Shown here piece by piece: positions 1 to 7,997 of a stretch of DNA of 64,000 nt; position 1 is the stretch's first letter, and the number at the start of each line of letters is the position of its first letter. The translations under genes and the position numbers were made by a program. Under the pieces are notes generated by a model. The model saw only the letters and a list, made by a program, of their open reading frames with translations, was not told the origin of the DNA and did no database searches. The DNA is from Candidatus Magasanikiibacteriota bacterium (GTDB lineage Bacteria; Patescibacteriota; Patescibacteriia; Magasanikbacterales; UBA922), in the NCBI GenBank assembly GCA_041665025.1, contig JBAYJP010000006.1:5440-69439 (forward strand), read 5' to 3'.

Positions 1-1568
1 AAGATGACGACCCCCTTGATCGCGGTGTTGATTTTTGTGTAAAACAAATAAGCCCCTCTTACCCTCCCAACAATTCGGATACTATAAAATATCCTATTGA
101 CCATAAATTAAAAATTGGTGAAAAATGTGCAGGAGGCGTAGCCACGCCTGCAGCACCTGATCTAAACAAACAGTGCATTACCGGAGATTGCGAAGACAGC
201 GCTGTCGATGATCCATTTGACAACTATTGCGTTTGTCAGACTGCACAACATTGTTTTGACCAATATGGAGGCAGTGATCCCACTGACAAAGTTAGTAACT
301 GGGTATGCAGTGACGATGATGATGATGTGACACACAATGTATATTATTGCAAACAACTCTCAACTAACCACATGATAGACCCAACTGGACAAAAAAGTGA
401 CGCGGGATTCATGGAAGCACTCACCAATCCAGAAGCATACGTTCAAATGTTTACCCAAGAACTTGAGGACGTACTTCGAAAGCCAAATCCGAAAATAGCA
501 ATCCCGGGTCTCAAATTTAGCGAGATAGATGTAGCAAGCATGGTAACCAGTGAGAACGGCAAATCATATTTAAACATTCCTTTCATAGGAGAATACCTAA
601 CTGCGGTTTACAAATACGGCATGATTGCGGCGGGAATTTTGGCGGTATATTACCTTATAGATGCCGGCACGGGCATGATACTCGGCGGGAAAACTCAGGA
701 AGGTAGGCAGGGCGCTCAGAAAAAAATTATCAACGCGATCACCGGGCTTGTGATTGCCTTGTTATCATATATAATTCTCTATACGATCAACCCATATTTA
801 GTACAATTCAAAAATCTGAAAATATTATATGTAAATCAAGATACGTTTAATGAACTTATACTTGGAGGTGACAGAGAAATAAATATGCAAGGAAACAAAT
901 CTATGTCAAATACTGAATTTGACCGGATATTTAAATCATTTAGCAATTGTTTTAATATAGATTACCGAGTGGCAAAAGTAATATCATTGAACGCATCGGG
1001 GTTAGACCCAAATATACAAAATAAAAAAGGAGCAAACTATTTTGGATTATTCCAGACAAACTCAACTAACTGTAAATCAGGACTTAAGGAATATAGCCAA
1101 TGGCTTACCCTGTGTGATGATATCAGAAATCCATGGATAAATTCTGCAGTAGGAGTAAAAATGCTCGAAAAATCAACAAATACCATAAAAAAATACTGCG
1201 GAGGCAATATTTCAGCGCTTGACGCAGGGACATTGTTGCATGTAGGTTTAAATAGCGGACCCGGTGCTTTGAAGCACATTGTCTCAGAGGGACAAGCCTG
1301 CAAAGGAGGAGAATATATTAGGCAAGAACTTGTAAAATATTGGGGTCCAAGATGCGAATCGCTTTTGGGATTAAGCAACGGAAAAAAATGCGATGCACAA
1401 CAAAAACAAGAAGTCATACAACGTGCAGGAAGAAAATATGAATTTACCAGAAAAACTGGACAACAGCTTGTTGACTTGGGTGTAACTGATATGTTTAGCA
1501 ATGCAGCGAATGATGGCCTCCTATGTCCGTTGCACGGCAAACCCTCTGATTTTATTACTGCTCGCTAA
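1..1568 (+). CDS. C-terminal part of a large Cys/Asp-rich secreted protein, 5'-truncated by the window edge. It has a two-helix hydrophobic hairpin and a C-terminal SLT-like (lytic transglycosylase-like) domain.
   Basis: The frame of the listed ORF 327..1568 stays open back to position 3, so the gene enters from upstream. The hydrophobic pair is AAGILAVYYLIDAGTGMILGG...ITGLVIALLSYIILY. The C-terminal part has SLT motif II-like GLFQ and motif III-like LNSGPGAL, but Ile replaces the catalytic Glu in the ES motif (AKVISLNASG). Confidence 0.55.
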   Translation, partial: DDDPLDRGVDFCVKQISPSYPPNNSDTIKYPIDHKLKIGEKCAGGVATPAAPDLNKQCITGDCEDSAVDDPFDNYCVCQTAQHCFDQYGGSDPTDKVSNWVCSDDDDDVTHNVYYCKQLSTNHMIDPTGQKSDAGFMEALTNPEAYVQMFTQELEDVLRKPNPKIAIPGLKFSEIDVASMVTSENGKSYLNIPFIGEYLTAVYKYGMIAAGILAVYYLIDAGTGMILGGKTQEGRQGAQKKIINAITGLVIALLSYIILYTINPYLVQFKNLKILYVNQDTFNELILGGDREINMQGNKSMSNTEFDRIFKSFSNCFNIDYRVAKVISLNASGLDPNIQNKKGANYFGLFQTNSTNCKSGLKEYSQWLTLCDDIRNPWINSAVGVKMLEKSTNTIKKYCGGNISALDAGTLLHVGLNSGPGALKHIVSEGQACKGGEYIRQELVKYWGPRCESLLGLSNGKKCDAQQKQEVIQRAGRKYEFTRKTGQQLVDLGVTDMFSNAANDGLLCPLHGKPSDFITAR

Positions 1569-1584
1569 TAAAAAATCATTTTGA

Positions 1585-2973
1585 TTGGTTCTCAGTTATA
1601 TGGTAAAAAATAATATTATATTCACCTGTTCCAACTGTGGCGCCCAATTTAGTAAATGGACGGGACGTTGTTTGGATTGCGGAAAATGGGGAACAATTGA
1701 GCAAGAAACAAAATACATAGACAAAAATACAAAAATAGTAGGAGAATATAAGCCAGTACAAACTAAAACACTTGATGAAATAAAAGGTAATAATACACAA
1801 CGAACTAAGACAAACATTTCTGAACTCGACCGTGTACTCGGTGGTGGAATTGTCCCTGGCAGTCTGACATTACTTGGTGGCGAACCTGGCATTGGCAAAT
1901 CAACTCTTGCACTCCAACTCGCGCTGTCCATCTCCCCTGCTCTATACATTTCAGGCGAAGAATCAGTTGAACAAATCAAACTTCGTGCAGATCGTCTCGA
2001 GGTAAAGACGCAAAATTTTGCGTCTCTTGAGCTGGCCAACGAAACCAATATCGACTCAATCTGCGCTACTATAAAAAATGTAAAAACCCAGCATGCTGCG
2101 TCTATGGACTACCATCTTGCTATCATCGATTCGATCCAAACTATCTACTCAGACGAAGTCGAGGGCGAACCGGGAAACGTAACGCAAATAAAAGCATGCA
2201 CCATAAAACTTCTCGAATGTGCGAAAAGCACCCGAACACCAATTGTACTCATAGGCCACGTAACCAAAGATGGCGAAGTTGCAGGTCCAAAAACACTGGA
2301 ACATTTGGTAGACACTGTCCTTTATCTCGAGGGCGACCGTTATCATAACTATAGAATTTTACGTACCGCAAAAAACAGATTTGGCGCAACTGATGAAGTG
2401 GGTATTTTTGAAATGACTGGGGCAGGTCTTAAGCCAGTTGAAAATCCATCTGCAAGTTTTTTGCAAGAACGCGGAGAAAATATGCCTGGCTCTGTCGTTA
2501 CGTGTTTGTTGGAAGGTACACGTCCCCTGTTGGTCGAAATACAGGCGCTTGTAAATAAGACATCGTTTGGTTATCCAGTACGCAAAGCAAGTGGATTCGA
2601 CTTGAATCGCTTACATGTACTAACTGCAATATTGCAAAAACGCGCAGGTCTTAATCTCGCGCAATACGATATTTATTTAAACGTGGTCGGAGGAATAAAA
2701 ACATCTGAACCTGCCGCAGACCTCGCTGTGTGTCTTGCAATAGCAAGCTCATACAAAGACAAAGCACTGGGTAAAGATTTAGTTGTGTTTGGCGAAGTTG
2801 GTCTTGGCGGAGAAGTGCGTACTGTAGGTCAGACTGAAAAAAGAATAAAAGAAAGTATGGGATTGGGAATGAAAAGAGTGATAAGCCATTTCAGCAAAAC
2901 AACAGAACAACACAAAAACACATTAACATTGATTGATGTGAAAAATATTGCAGAGTTGATAAAGCATACGTAA
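1585..2973 (+). CDS. radA: DNA repair protein RadA/Sms
   Basis: N-terminal C4 zinc finger (CSNCGAQFSKWTGRCLDCGKWGT), RecA-like Walker A (GGEPGIGKST) and a Lon-protease-like C-terminal domain. Confidence 0.9.
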   Translation: MVLSYMVKNNIIFTCSNCGAQFSKWTGRCLDCGKWGTIEQETKYIDKNTKIVGEYKPVQTKTLDEIKGNNTQRTKTNISELDRVLGGGIVPGSLTLLGGEPGIGKSTLALQLALSISPALYISGEESVEQIKLRADRLEVKTQNFASLELANETNIDSICATIKNVKTQHAASMDYHLAIIDSIQTIYSDEVEGEPGNVTQIKACTIKLLECAKSTRTPIVLIGHVTKDGEVAGPKTLEHLVDTVLYLEGDRYHNYRILRTAKNRFGATDEVGIFEMTGAGLKPVENPSASFLQERGENMPGSVVTCLLEGTRPLLVEIQALVNKTSFGYPVRKASGFDLNRLHVLTAILQKRAGLNLAQYDIYLNVVGGIKTSEPAADLAVCLAIASSYKDKALGKDLVVFGEVGLGGEVRTVGQTEKRIKESMGLGMKRVISHFSKTTEQHKNTLTLIDVKNIAELIKHT

Positions 2974-3002
2974 GTGGTGACGAATTACAACCCATCACCT
3001 GT

Positions 3003-3105
3003 CCTCTTCCCTTAAAAAAGGAAGAGTAACCATCAGCGAACACAAAACTTCTCTACAACGTTCTCCCTCCCTTTTTAAGGGAGGGAGCCAGAGGGTGGGT
3101 TGCTC
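3003..3105. repeat. GC-rich REP-like hairpin cluster (family A): CTCTTCCCTTAAAAAAGGAAGAG, then CTCCCTCCCTTTTTAAGGGAGGGAG followed by CCAGAGGGTGGGTTGC.
   Basis: Perfect inverted repeats read directly. The same hairpin-plus-tail architecture recurs at 5397-5437, 6291-6330, 13586-13660, 14707-14737 and 34641-34802. Confidence 0.7.
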
Positions 3106-3122
3106 AGTCACCTTCAAACAAA

Positions 3123-3150
3123 AAACACCCTTTACAGGTGTTTCTTTTTA
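3123..3150 (+). terminator. Rho-independent terminator downstream of radA
   Basis: AAACACC / GGTGTTT 7-bp stem with a 7-nt loop, followed by CTTTTTA. Confidence 0.6.
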
Positions 3151-3339
3151 TAAACAAAAAACCGCCCAAAAATCCTCCTCGCTCTATCTCCCATTTGGTC
3201 ATCCCGAGCGAACGTAGTGAGAGAGGGATCTTTCTTACTAATAACTTTATTTATTTCTAAAGTTATTATTTCAAAGACACATGTCTTAGGAAAGATTCCT
3301 CGTCACTTTGTTCCTCGGAATGTAATGAGGAATACAGCG

Positions 3340-3740
3340 AGTCGTGGGCGGTCTTCTGTGGAGAAGTACTGGTGTAAAGAACGAGACCACTCGCGACTTG
3401 CCCGGCTGTGGCGGTGGGAGCCGGAAGGGCAGAGAGTCCGGGCCTAGAGGCCCGGCGAGGTCAGGCGCGGTTTCGCGCCTGCATCAGAGCGCGATAGTCG
3501 TTCGAGCCGATCCCGGACTGAACGCCCGAGAACGCGACATCGTAGGTGTTCTCCGAGCCGACCGGCTTGAAGCGAACACGGATGTCCAGTTCCGTGTTCA
3601 CACCCACGATGTGCCCACGCACGCCACGATCGCCTCGAACTTCGATGTGCTCTTCCAGAATCTTCACGAGTAAACTCCCTCAGGGATTTGCGCAAGGCCG
3701 CCTGCCCGACCCAATCGGGTATGGCCTCGCACGAGATGAC
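3340..3740. other. High-GC island 1, about 400 bp of GC-rich DNA in an AT-rich intergenic region. It carries one small ORF with its own RBS and terminator.
   Basis: Abrupt composition shift visible by eye. Long ORFs appear in several frames, which is typical of high-GC sequence. Confidence 0.6.
3461..3667 (-). CDS. Small (68 aa) protein encoded on high-GC island 1. It uses a GTG start and its function is unknown.
   Basis: GGGAG RBS lies 9 nt upstream of the GTG. A CCGGGCCTAGAGGCCCGG hairpin sits immediately after the stop at 3437-3456. Third codon positions are GC-rich. Confidence 0.4.
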   Translation of the reverse strand: MKILEEHIEVRGDRGVRGHIVGVNTELDIRVRFKPVGSENTYDVAFSGVQSGIGSNDYRALMQARNRA

Positions 3741-3824
3741 AACATAATACATAAAAAAAGTGAAAAAGTCAATCAACACAAAAAAACTGGGCAAAACCCA
3801 GTCTTATTCTATGTATGTTCTATG

Positions 3825-4499
3825 TCAGTCCAATCGCTTGATAACCAATTTTCTCTTATCTTTAGGATCCCATATTCCCTGTTCTTTCATCATCTGTTTA
3901 ATTCGAGCATCTTTTAATTCGGTAAAATTGTTTCCGCCTTCCTCTTTCACAAAAAAATCAAATGATCCTTGAGAAAATGCCTCTGCCACAATATAATCAA
4001 ACCCGAGCATCTGTGCCAATGCAATAAGCCTTTCTTTACATTCTGACCCCAAACCTTTGCCGTGATAATCTGCATTGATGTCAATAGTCTCTAAGACCAG
4101 AGCCTTTTGGTCTTTATTCAGCTTGCCAAGTTGTACATACAATACCGGCATTTTTTGTTCTTCATCCAAAAATAAATCAGTAACATCTCTACTTTCTTCA
4201 AAATGCAATTTTGTCCGTGCTGAAGTTCTATCATAACGTACCCTCTTATCTACAACAGCAAAATGCAGTGAGCGTGATGTCTTATCCGGCCCTATCCTAA
4301 GTTCAAATTGTCCTGCTTTGACTGCATCGGGCACGAGCAATGATACAGCTTCTGGGGGTAAATCAAGAGTATGGGCATCTCTCAACTCAGGATGGTTGGA
4401 AAAATAATCTTCAATCTTTTTTTTATGCCCACCAACTCTATCTCCTAATTCAAAGTTTGCAATGCGTGCTCTGCTATGTTGAGAATATTCCAAAGTCAT
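3825..4499 (-). CDS. GNAT family N-acetyltransferase
   Basis: C-terminal GNAT acetyl-CoA motif A: INADYHGKGLGSECKERLIALAQMLGFDYIV. Confidence 0.6.
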   Translation of the reverse strand: MTLEYSQHSRARIANFELGDRVGGHKKKIEDYFSNHPELRDAHTLDLPPEAVSLLVPDAVKAGQFELRIGPDKTSRSLHFAVVDKRVRYDRTSARTKLHFEESRDVTDLFLDEEQKMPVLYVQLGKLNKDQKALVLETIDINADYHGKGLGSECKERLIALAQMLGFDYIVAEAFSQGSFDFFVKEEGGNNFTELKDARIKQMMKEQGIWDPKDKRKLVIKRLD

Positions 4500-4521
4500 A
4501 TATTCAATATATTATTATTTT

Positions 4522-6735
4522 TTATTCAAGATGAACACTCGTTTCCCACTCCTCCACTTTCTCTCTCAAACTTGGATACTCTCCAAAATCAATACCTCTT
4601 GCCATATCTCGCGCTAGTTTAATCAAGTCATGATCTTTGAGCGTGGCTAATTTGAAATTCATCATACCACTCTGTGCTGTGCCATACACTTCTCCAGGCC
4701 CACGTTGGTCTAGATCATACTCTGCCACTTTGAATCCATCAGTTGTTTTTTCAAAATACGATAATCGTTCTTTTACTTTGTCTGTGTCACTGTCAGTAAA
4801 CAAAAAACAATACGACTGGTGAAAACTTCTGCCGACTCGTCCTCTAAACTGATGTAACTGAGCCAAACCAAACCTCTCAGCACCTTCTATCATCATCACA
4901 CTTGCATTGGGAATATTTACGCCAACTTCCACAACTGACGTAGAAACTAAAATGTCTAACTCCCCTGCTGCAAATTTTTTCATGGTCTCATCTTTTTCTT
5001 GTGATTTCATTTTTCCATGTAAATACCCAATTCTTAGATCAGGAAAAACATTCTTAGATAATTTCTCATATTCTGCGAGTACACTCTTTTTTTCAAATGT
5101 AATTGGTAATTGGTAATTGGTAATTGGAATTTTATTTGTATCTTGTCTCTTGGAATTTATTTCTTCTATTAGTGGGCATACAACAAATACTTGCTTTCTA
5201 CGCTTCACTTGTTCGCGTATAAACGCATACGCCTTGTCTCGATTGTGTGGATCTACGAGCCGTGTCATCACTGGCTTTCTATCTTTTGGCATTTCACGGA
5301 TAATAGACAAATCCAAATCACCATACAAAGTCAGAGCAAACGAACGTGGGATAGGTGTCGCAGTCATTGAAAGGAAATGGGGTGAAAGTCTGTCGTCCTC
5401 CCCTCTCTTCGTAAGAGAGGGGCCGGGGGTGAGTTGCGCCGCCGAAGAAATACTTTTCTCTTTTAAAATCTTCCTCTGCTCTACCCCGAACCGGTGCTGT
5501 TCGTCCACAATCACCAAACCCAAATTCTTAAACTGCACATCTTCGGTAAGTAAGGCATGCGTCCCCACAATAACATCAACCTCTCCTTTTGCGATTTGGT
5601 CTATCATTTCTTTTTTTTGAGAAATTTTAGAATTGTTTCGAAATTCGAAATTCGAAATTCGAAATTCATTACGCGTTTGAATCCCCAACCTAACTTTATC
5701 TCCCAACAACTTCACAAGCGACTCATAATGTTGCACCGCCAAAATCTCTGTCGGCGCCATGATGACTCCCTGATATCCATTAAGTGCGGTATTATAGAGC
5801 GCCATTGCCGCCACAACTGTTTTACCAGACCCAACGTCCCCTTCTAGCAAACGATTCATCGGCTCTTTCTTTTCCAAATCTTGCAAAATTTCCCATGCTG
5901 AAACTTTTTGATCTTTCGTGAGTGCAAAAGGAAGCGAATGTACAAATTCTTTAATGGCGTCTTCTTGAAATGAAAGTTGAGGAGCAACAGATCTTTTTAT
6001 ACTTTGGCGTATCATTTCAGCACGAAGTTGCATGACAAATAGTTCATCAAACTTAAGCCGTCTTTGCGCGTATTTCAATTCATCTTGGCTTTCAGGAAAA
6101 TGTATTGCTTTCAAGGCCTCTTGCAACGGCATAATATCTGCCTGCTCCAATAAGTCATCGGGCAACCATTCCTTTATTTCATTTCTAACCTCAATAATCT
6201 GGCTCATCAAAAATCTAATCTGCTTGTGCGTTATACCGGTTGTCAATGAATACATCGGCACTATTCGAGCTGTGTGCGTACTCAAGAGCGTTCCCTCTCC
6301 TTGTAGGAGAGGGTCAGGGTAAGGTCTCTGCTTCACCTTTTCATATCCAGGAGAAACCATCTCTAACCCAAACATATCTGACTTTACTTTCCCAGATAAA
6401 TACACACTATCACCCACATGCAGGGCTTTCGCAATAAACGGCTGACCAAACCAAATAATTCGTAATTGCCCTGAATCATCGGCAACTAAAGCTTCAGTTA
6501 TCATTTTCCGTTTCCGCGGACTTCGTTTATTTGAGATAAGTTCAATTTTTCCTTGTATCGTAACATCCATCCCCTCTTGCAAATCTTTAATTGAAACAAC
6601 GGAACTGTAATCTTCATAGCGAAAAGGAAAATAAAACAAAAGATCCTCGACTGTTTCCACACCGAGATGTTTTAGCCGCGTTGCAAGGATTTTCCCCACG
6701 CGGTTTAATTGTGTAATAGGGGTAGTCAAATTCAT
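4522..6735 (-). CDS. recG: ATP-dependent DNA helicase RecG
   Basis: Wedge/OB N-terminus; helicase motifs GDVGSGKT, DEQHRFGV and MTATPIPRS. It contains four in-frame repeat insertions, described in the findings. Confidence 0.9.
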   Translation of the reverse strand: MNLTTPITQLNRVGKILATRLKHLGVETVEDLLFYFPFRYEDYSSVVSIKDLQEGMDVTIQGKIELISNKRSPRKRKMITEALVADDSGQLRIIWFGQPFIAKALHVGDSVYLSGKVKSDMFGLEMVSPGYEKVKQRPYPDPLLQGEGTLLSTHTARIVPMYSLTTGITHKQIRFLMSQIIEVRNEIKEWLPDDLLEQADIMPLQEALKAIHFPESQDELKYAQRRLKFDELFVMQLRAEMIRQSIKRSVAPQLSFQEDAIKEFVHSLPFALTKDQKVSAWEILQDLEKKEPMNRLLEGDVGSGKTVVAAMALYNTALNGYQGVIMAPTEILAVQHYESLVKLLGDKVRLGIQTRNEFRISNFEFRNNSKISQKKEMIDQIAKGEVDVIVGTHALLTEDVQFKNLGLVIVDEQHRFGVEQRKILKEKSISSAAQLTPGPSLTKRGEDDRLSPHFLSMTATPIPRSFALTLYGDLDLSIIREMPKDRKPVMTRLVDPHNRDKAYAFIREQVKRRKQVFVVCPLIEEINSKRQDTNKIPITNYQLPITFEKKSVLAEYEKLSKNVFPDLRIGYLHGKMKSQEKDETMKKFAAGELDILVSTSVVEVGVNIPNASVMMIEGAERFGLAQLHQFRGRVGRSFHQSYCFLFTDSDTDKVKERLSYFEKTTDGFKVAEYDLDQRGPGEVYGTAQSGMMNFKLATLKDHDLIKLARDMARGIDFGEYPSLREKVEEWETSVHLE
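5397..5437. repeat. Family A GC-rich hairpin, in-frame inside recG: CCTCCCCTCTCTT CGTA AGAGAGGGG then CCGGGGGTGAGTTGC.
   Basis: It translates through on the minus strand as ...AAQLTPGPSLTKRGEDDRLS... in the variable region before MTATPIPRS. Confidence 0.65.
6291..6330. repeat. Family A GC-rich hairpin, in-frame inside recG: CCCTCTCC TTGTA GGAGAGGG then TCAGGGTAAGGTCTC.
   Basis: Translated as ...KQRPYPDPLLQGEGTLL... It contains a GTAG tetranucleotide. Confidence 0.65.
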
Positions 6736-6787
6736 GGCTTTATTCTAACACAAAACCTCCTATGTGAGGAGGTTTAATATCAAAGAG

Positions 6788-6861
6788 TGGATGATACTGG
6801 TTTCGAACCAGTGACCTCTGCAATGTGAATGCAGCGCTCTAACCAACTGAGCTAATCATCC
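6788..6861 (-). tRNA. tRNA-Val (anticodon CAC)
   Basis: The reverse complement folds as a cloverleaf: acceptor GGATGAT/ATCATCC, D-arm GCTCAGTTGGTTAGAGC, anticodon stem CTGCA/TGCAG with loop TTCACAT, and T-loop TTCGAAA. Confidence 0.8.
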
Positions 6862-6958
6862 TTTGCCAGCAACACTATATCACGGAAAAAATTCAAAATC
6901 AAGGCCATATTATTGACTTTCTTTACTTTTTTGTATATACTTCTTACGTTTTCATCAA

Positions 6959-7030
6959 GCGCTCGTCGTTCAACGGATAGGACATTGGCCTGCGAAGCCG
7001 AAAATCCAGGTTCGATTCCTGGCGGGCGCA
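6959..7030 (+). tRNA. tRNA-Arg with a GCG anticodon (unusual for bacteria)
   Basis: Manual fold: acceptor GCGCTCG/CGGGCGC with one G-U pair; anticodon stem TTGGC/GCCGA; loop CTGCGAA with U33 and A37; T-arm CCAGG TTCGATT CCTGG; discriminator A. Confidence 0.65.
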
Positions 7031-7097
7031 CACCTTTGGGGACTAATGTATACATACACACAGACGCATAAATGGTACGTCCCCACAAAATAATACA

Positions 7098-7124
7098 TAA
7101 AAACCCGCCGCGACGGGTTTTTAT
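7098..7124 (+). terminator. Rho-independent terminator after tRNA-Arg
   Basis: AAACCCG CCGCGA CGGGTTTTT. Confidence 0.6.
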
Positions 7125-7221
7125 GTATTATTTTGAAAAATCCGAATAAAAAAATATTGCTTAAACAACAGACAAACTAGAGGATTTGCTAAACAAATTC
7201 CATAGATTCTATATATAAAAT

Positions 7222-7250
7222 TTGAACCCGTTTACCAAATGTGCTATACT
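7222..7250 (+). promoter_or_regulatory. Sigma70-like promoter: TTGAAC, 17-nt spacer, TATACT
   Basis: Near-consensus -35 and -10 hexamers with a 17-bp spacer, 9 bp upstream of the ATG at 7259. Confidence 0.6.
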
Positions 7251-7258
7251 AGCCGTAT

Positions 7259-7762
7259 ATGCCAAAACAAATCTCACCAGATATTATCATCGGCGAGGTA
7301 CTTCATGAATGGAGCATACCCGAATACGAGCAATACCAGAGAAACAAAGCATGGTATATTATTATGTTTGTCCTCGGAGGATCTATGGTATTGTATGCTA
7401 TTTTAAGCAACAACTTTTTGTTTGCCTTGATTATCATATTGTTTGCCATAATTCTCTTCCTACAATCACACCAACAACCCATTGTCATACCATTCAAAAT
7501 CACTGAGATGGGAGTCGTGGTAAATAACCGCTTTTACTCATATATAGAGCTTGATTCGTTTTATCTCTTCTACAATCCTCCAGATGTCAAAACATTGTTT
7601 ATCGAAACCCGAAACGTAAGCCGCCCCAAATTGCGCGTACCACTTATGGACATGGATCCAAATGAAATTCGCGCGACATTGAAAGAATTTCTCGAAGAAG
7701 ACCTGGAAAAAGAAGAAGAACCCATAAGTGATATGATCGGACGCAAATGGCAAATACATTAA
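7259..7762 (+). CDS. Hypothetical small membrane protein with two predicted TM helices
   Basis: ORF with hydrophobic segments, preceded by a promoter and followed by a terminator. Confidence 0.5.
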   Translation: MPKQISPDIIIGEVLHEWSIPEYEQYQRNKAWYIIMFVLGGSMVLYAILSNNFLFALIIILFAIILFLQSHQQPIVIPFKITEMGVVVNNRFYSYIELDSFYLFYNPPDVKTLFIETRNVSRPKLRVPLMDMDPNEIRATLKEFLEEDLEKEEEPISDMIGRKWQIH

Positions 7763-7775
7763 CACCTTCGCCTAT

Positions 7776-7800
7776 AACCCTCTAATATAGAGGGTTTTTA
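7776..7800 (+). terminator. Rho-independent terminator
   Basis: AACCCTCT AATAT AGAGGGTT followed by TTTA. Confidence 0.65.
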
Positions 7801-7826
7801 AATTGTCAGCTTGTCCTGATGTTTTG

Positions 7827-7937
7827 ATAATTATTCTAATTATACTAAATTATGCTGGACAAATTATAGTTTGTTTTATTTTAAAAATTAAAAATTTTTT
7901 AGAATAATTAGGTCAATCAGGATAATTAGAATAATTA
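7827..7937. mobile_element. MITE-like element of about 110 bp with terminal inverted repeats: ATAATTATTCTAATTATACTAA ... TTAGGTCAATCAGGATAATTAGAATAATT.
   Basis: AATTATTCTAATT and AATTAGAATAATT form an inverted pair. A near-identical second copy lies at 28609-28720. Both are bounded by AATTGTCAG. Confidence 0.5.
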
Positions 7938-7948
7938 CCGATGATTGG

Positions 7949-7977
7949 TTGCATTTTGCGTTTTTTTGCTGTATAAT
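7949..7977 (+). promoter_or_regulatory. Sigma70-like promoter: TTGCAT, 17-nt spacer, TATAAT
   Basis: Near-consensus hexamers about 20 bp upstream of the LCP gene start. Confidence 0.6.
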
Positions 7978-7997
7978 CAACAAGAAAATAAATACAT

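Noticed and set aside
1037-2048. Antisense ORFs inside the first CDS and radA (1037..1540-, 1596..2048-)
   Set aside because: They lie opposite well-supported genes, have low-complexity translations and carry no signals.
3461-3667. Possible dodecin-like identity of the 68-aa island-1 protein
   Set aside because: Two short segments resemble dodecin (RGHIVG..V.F and NTYDV...G.S), but they occur in swapped order relative to dodecin and the conserved Trp is missing. I therefore leave the protein as unknown.
6852-7088. A 78-aa minus-strand ORF spanning the tRNA-Val / tRNA-Arg region
   Set aside because: It overlaps two clean tRNA cloverleaves and a terminator, so it is a spurious ORF.
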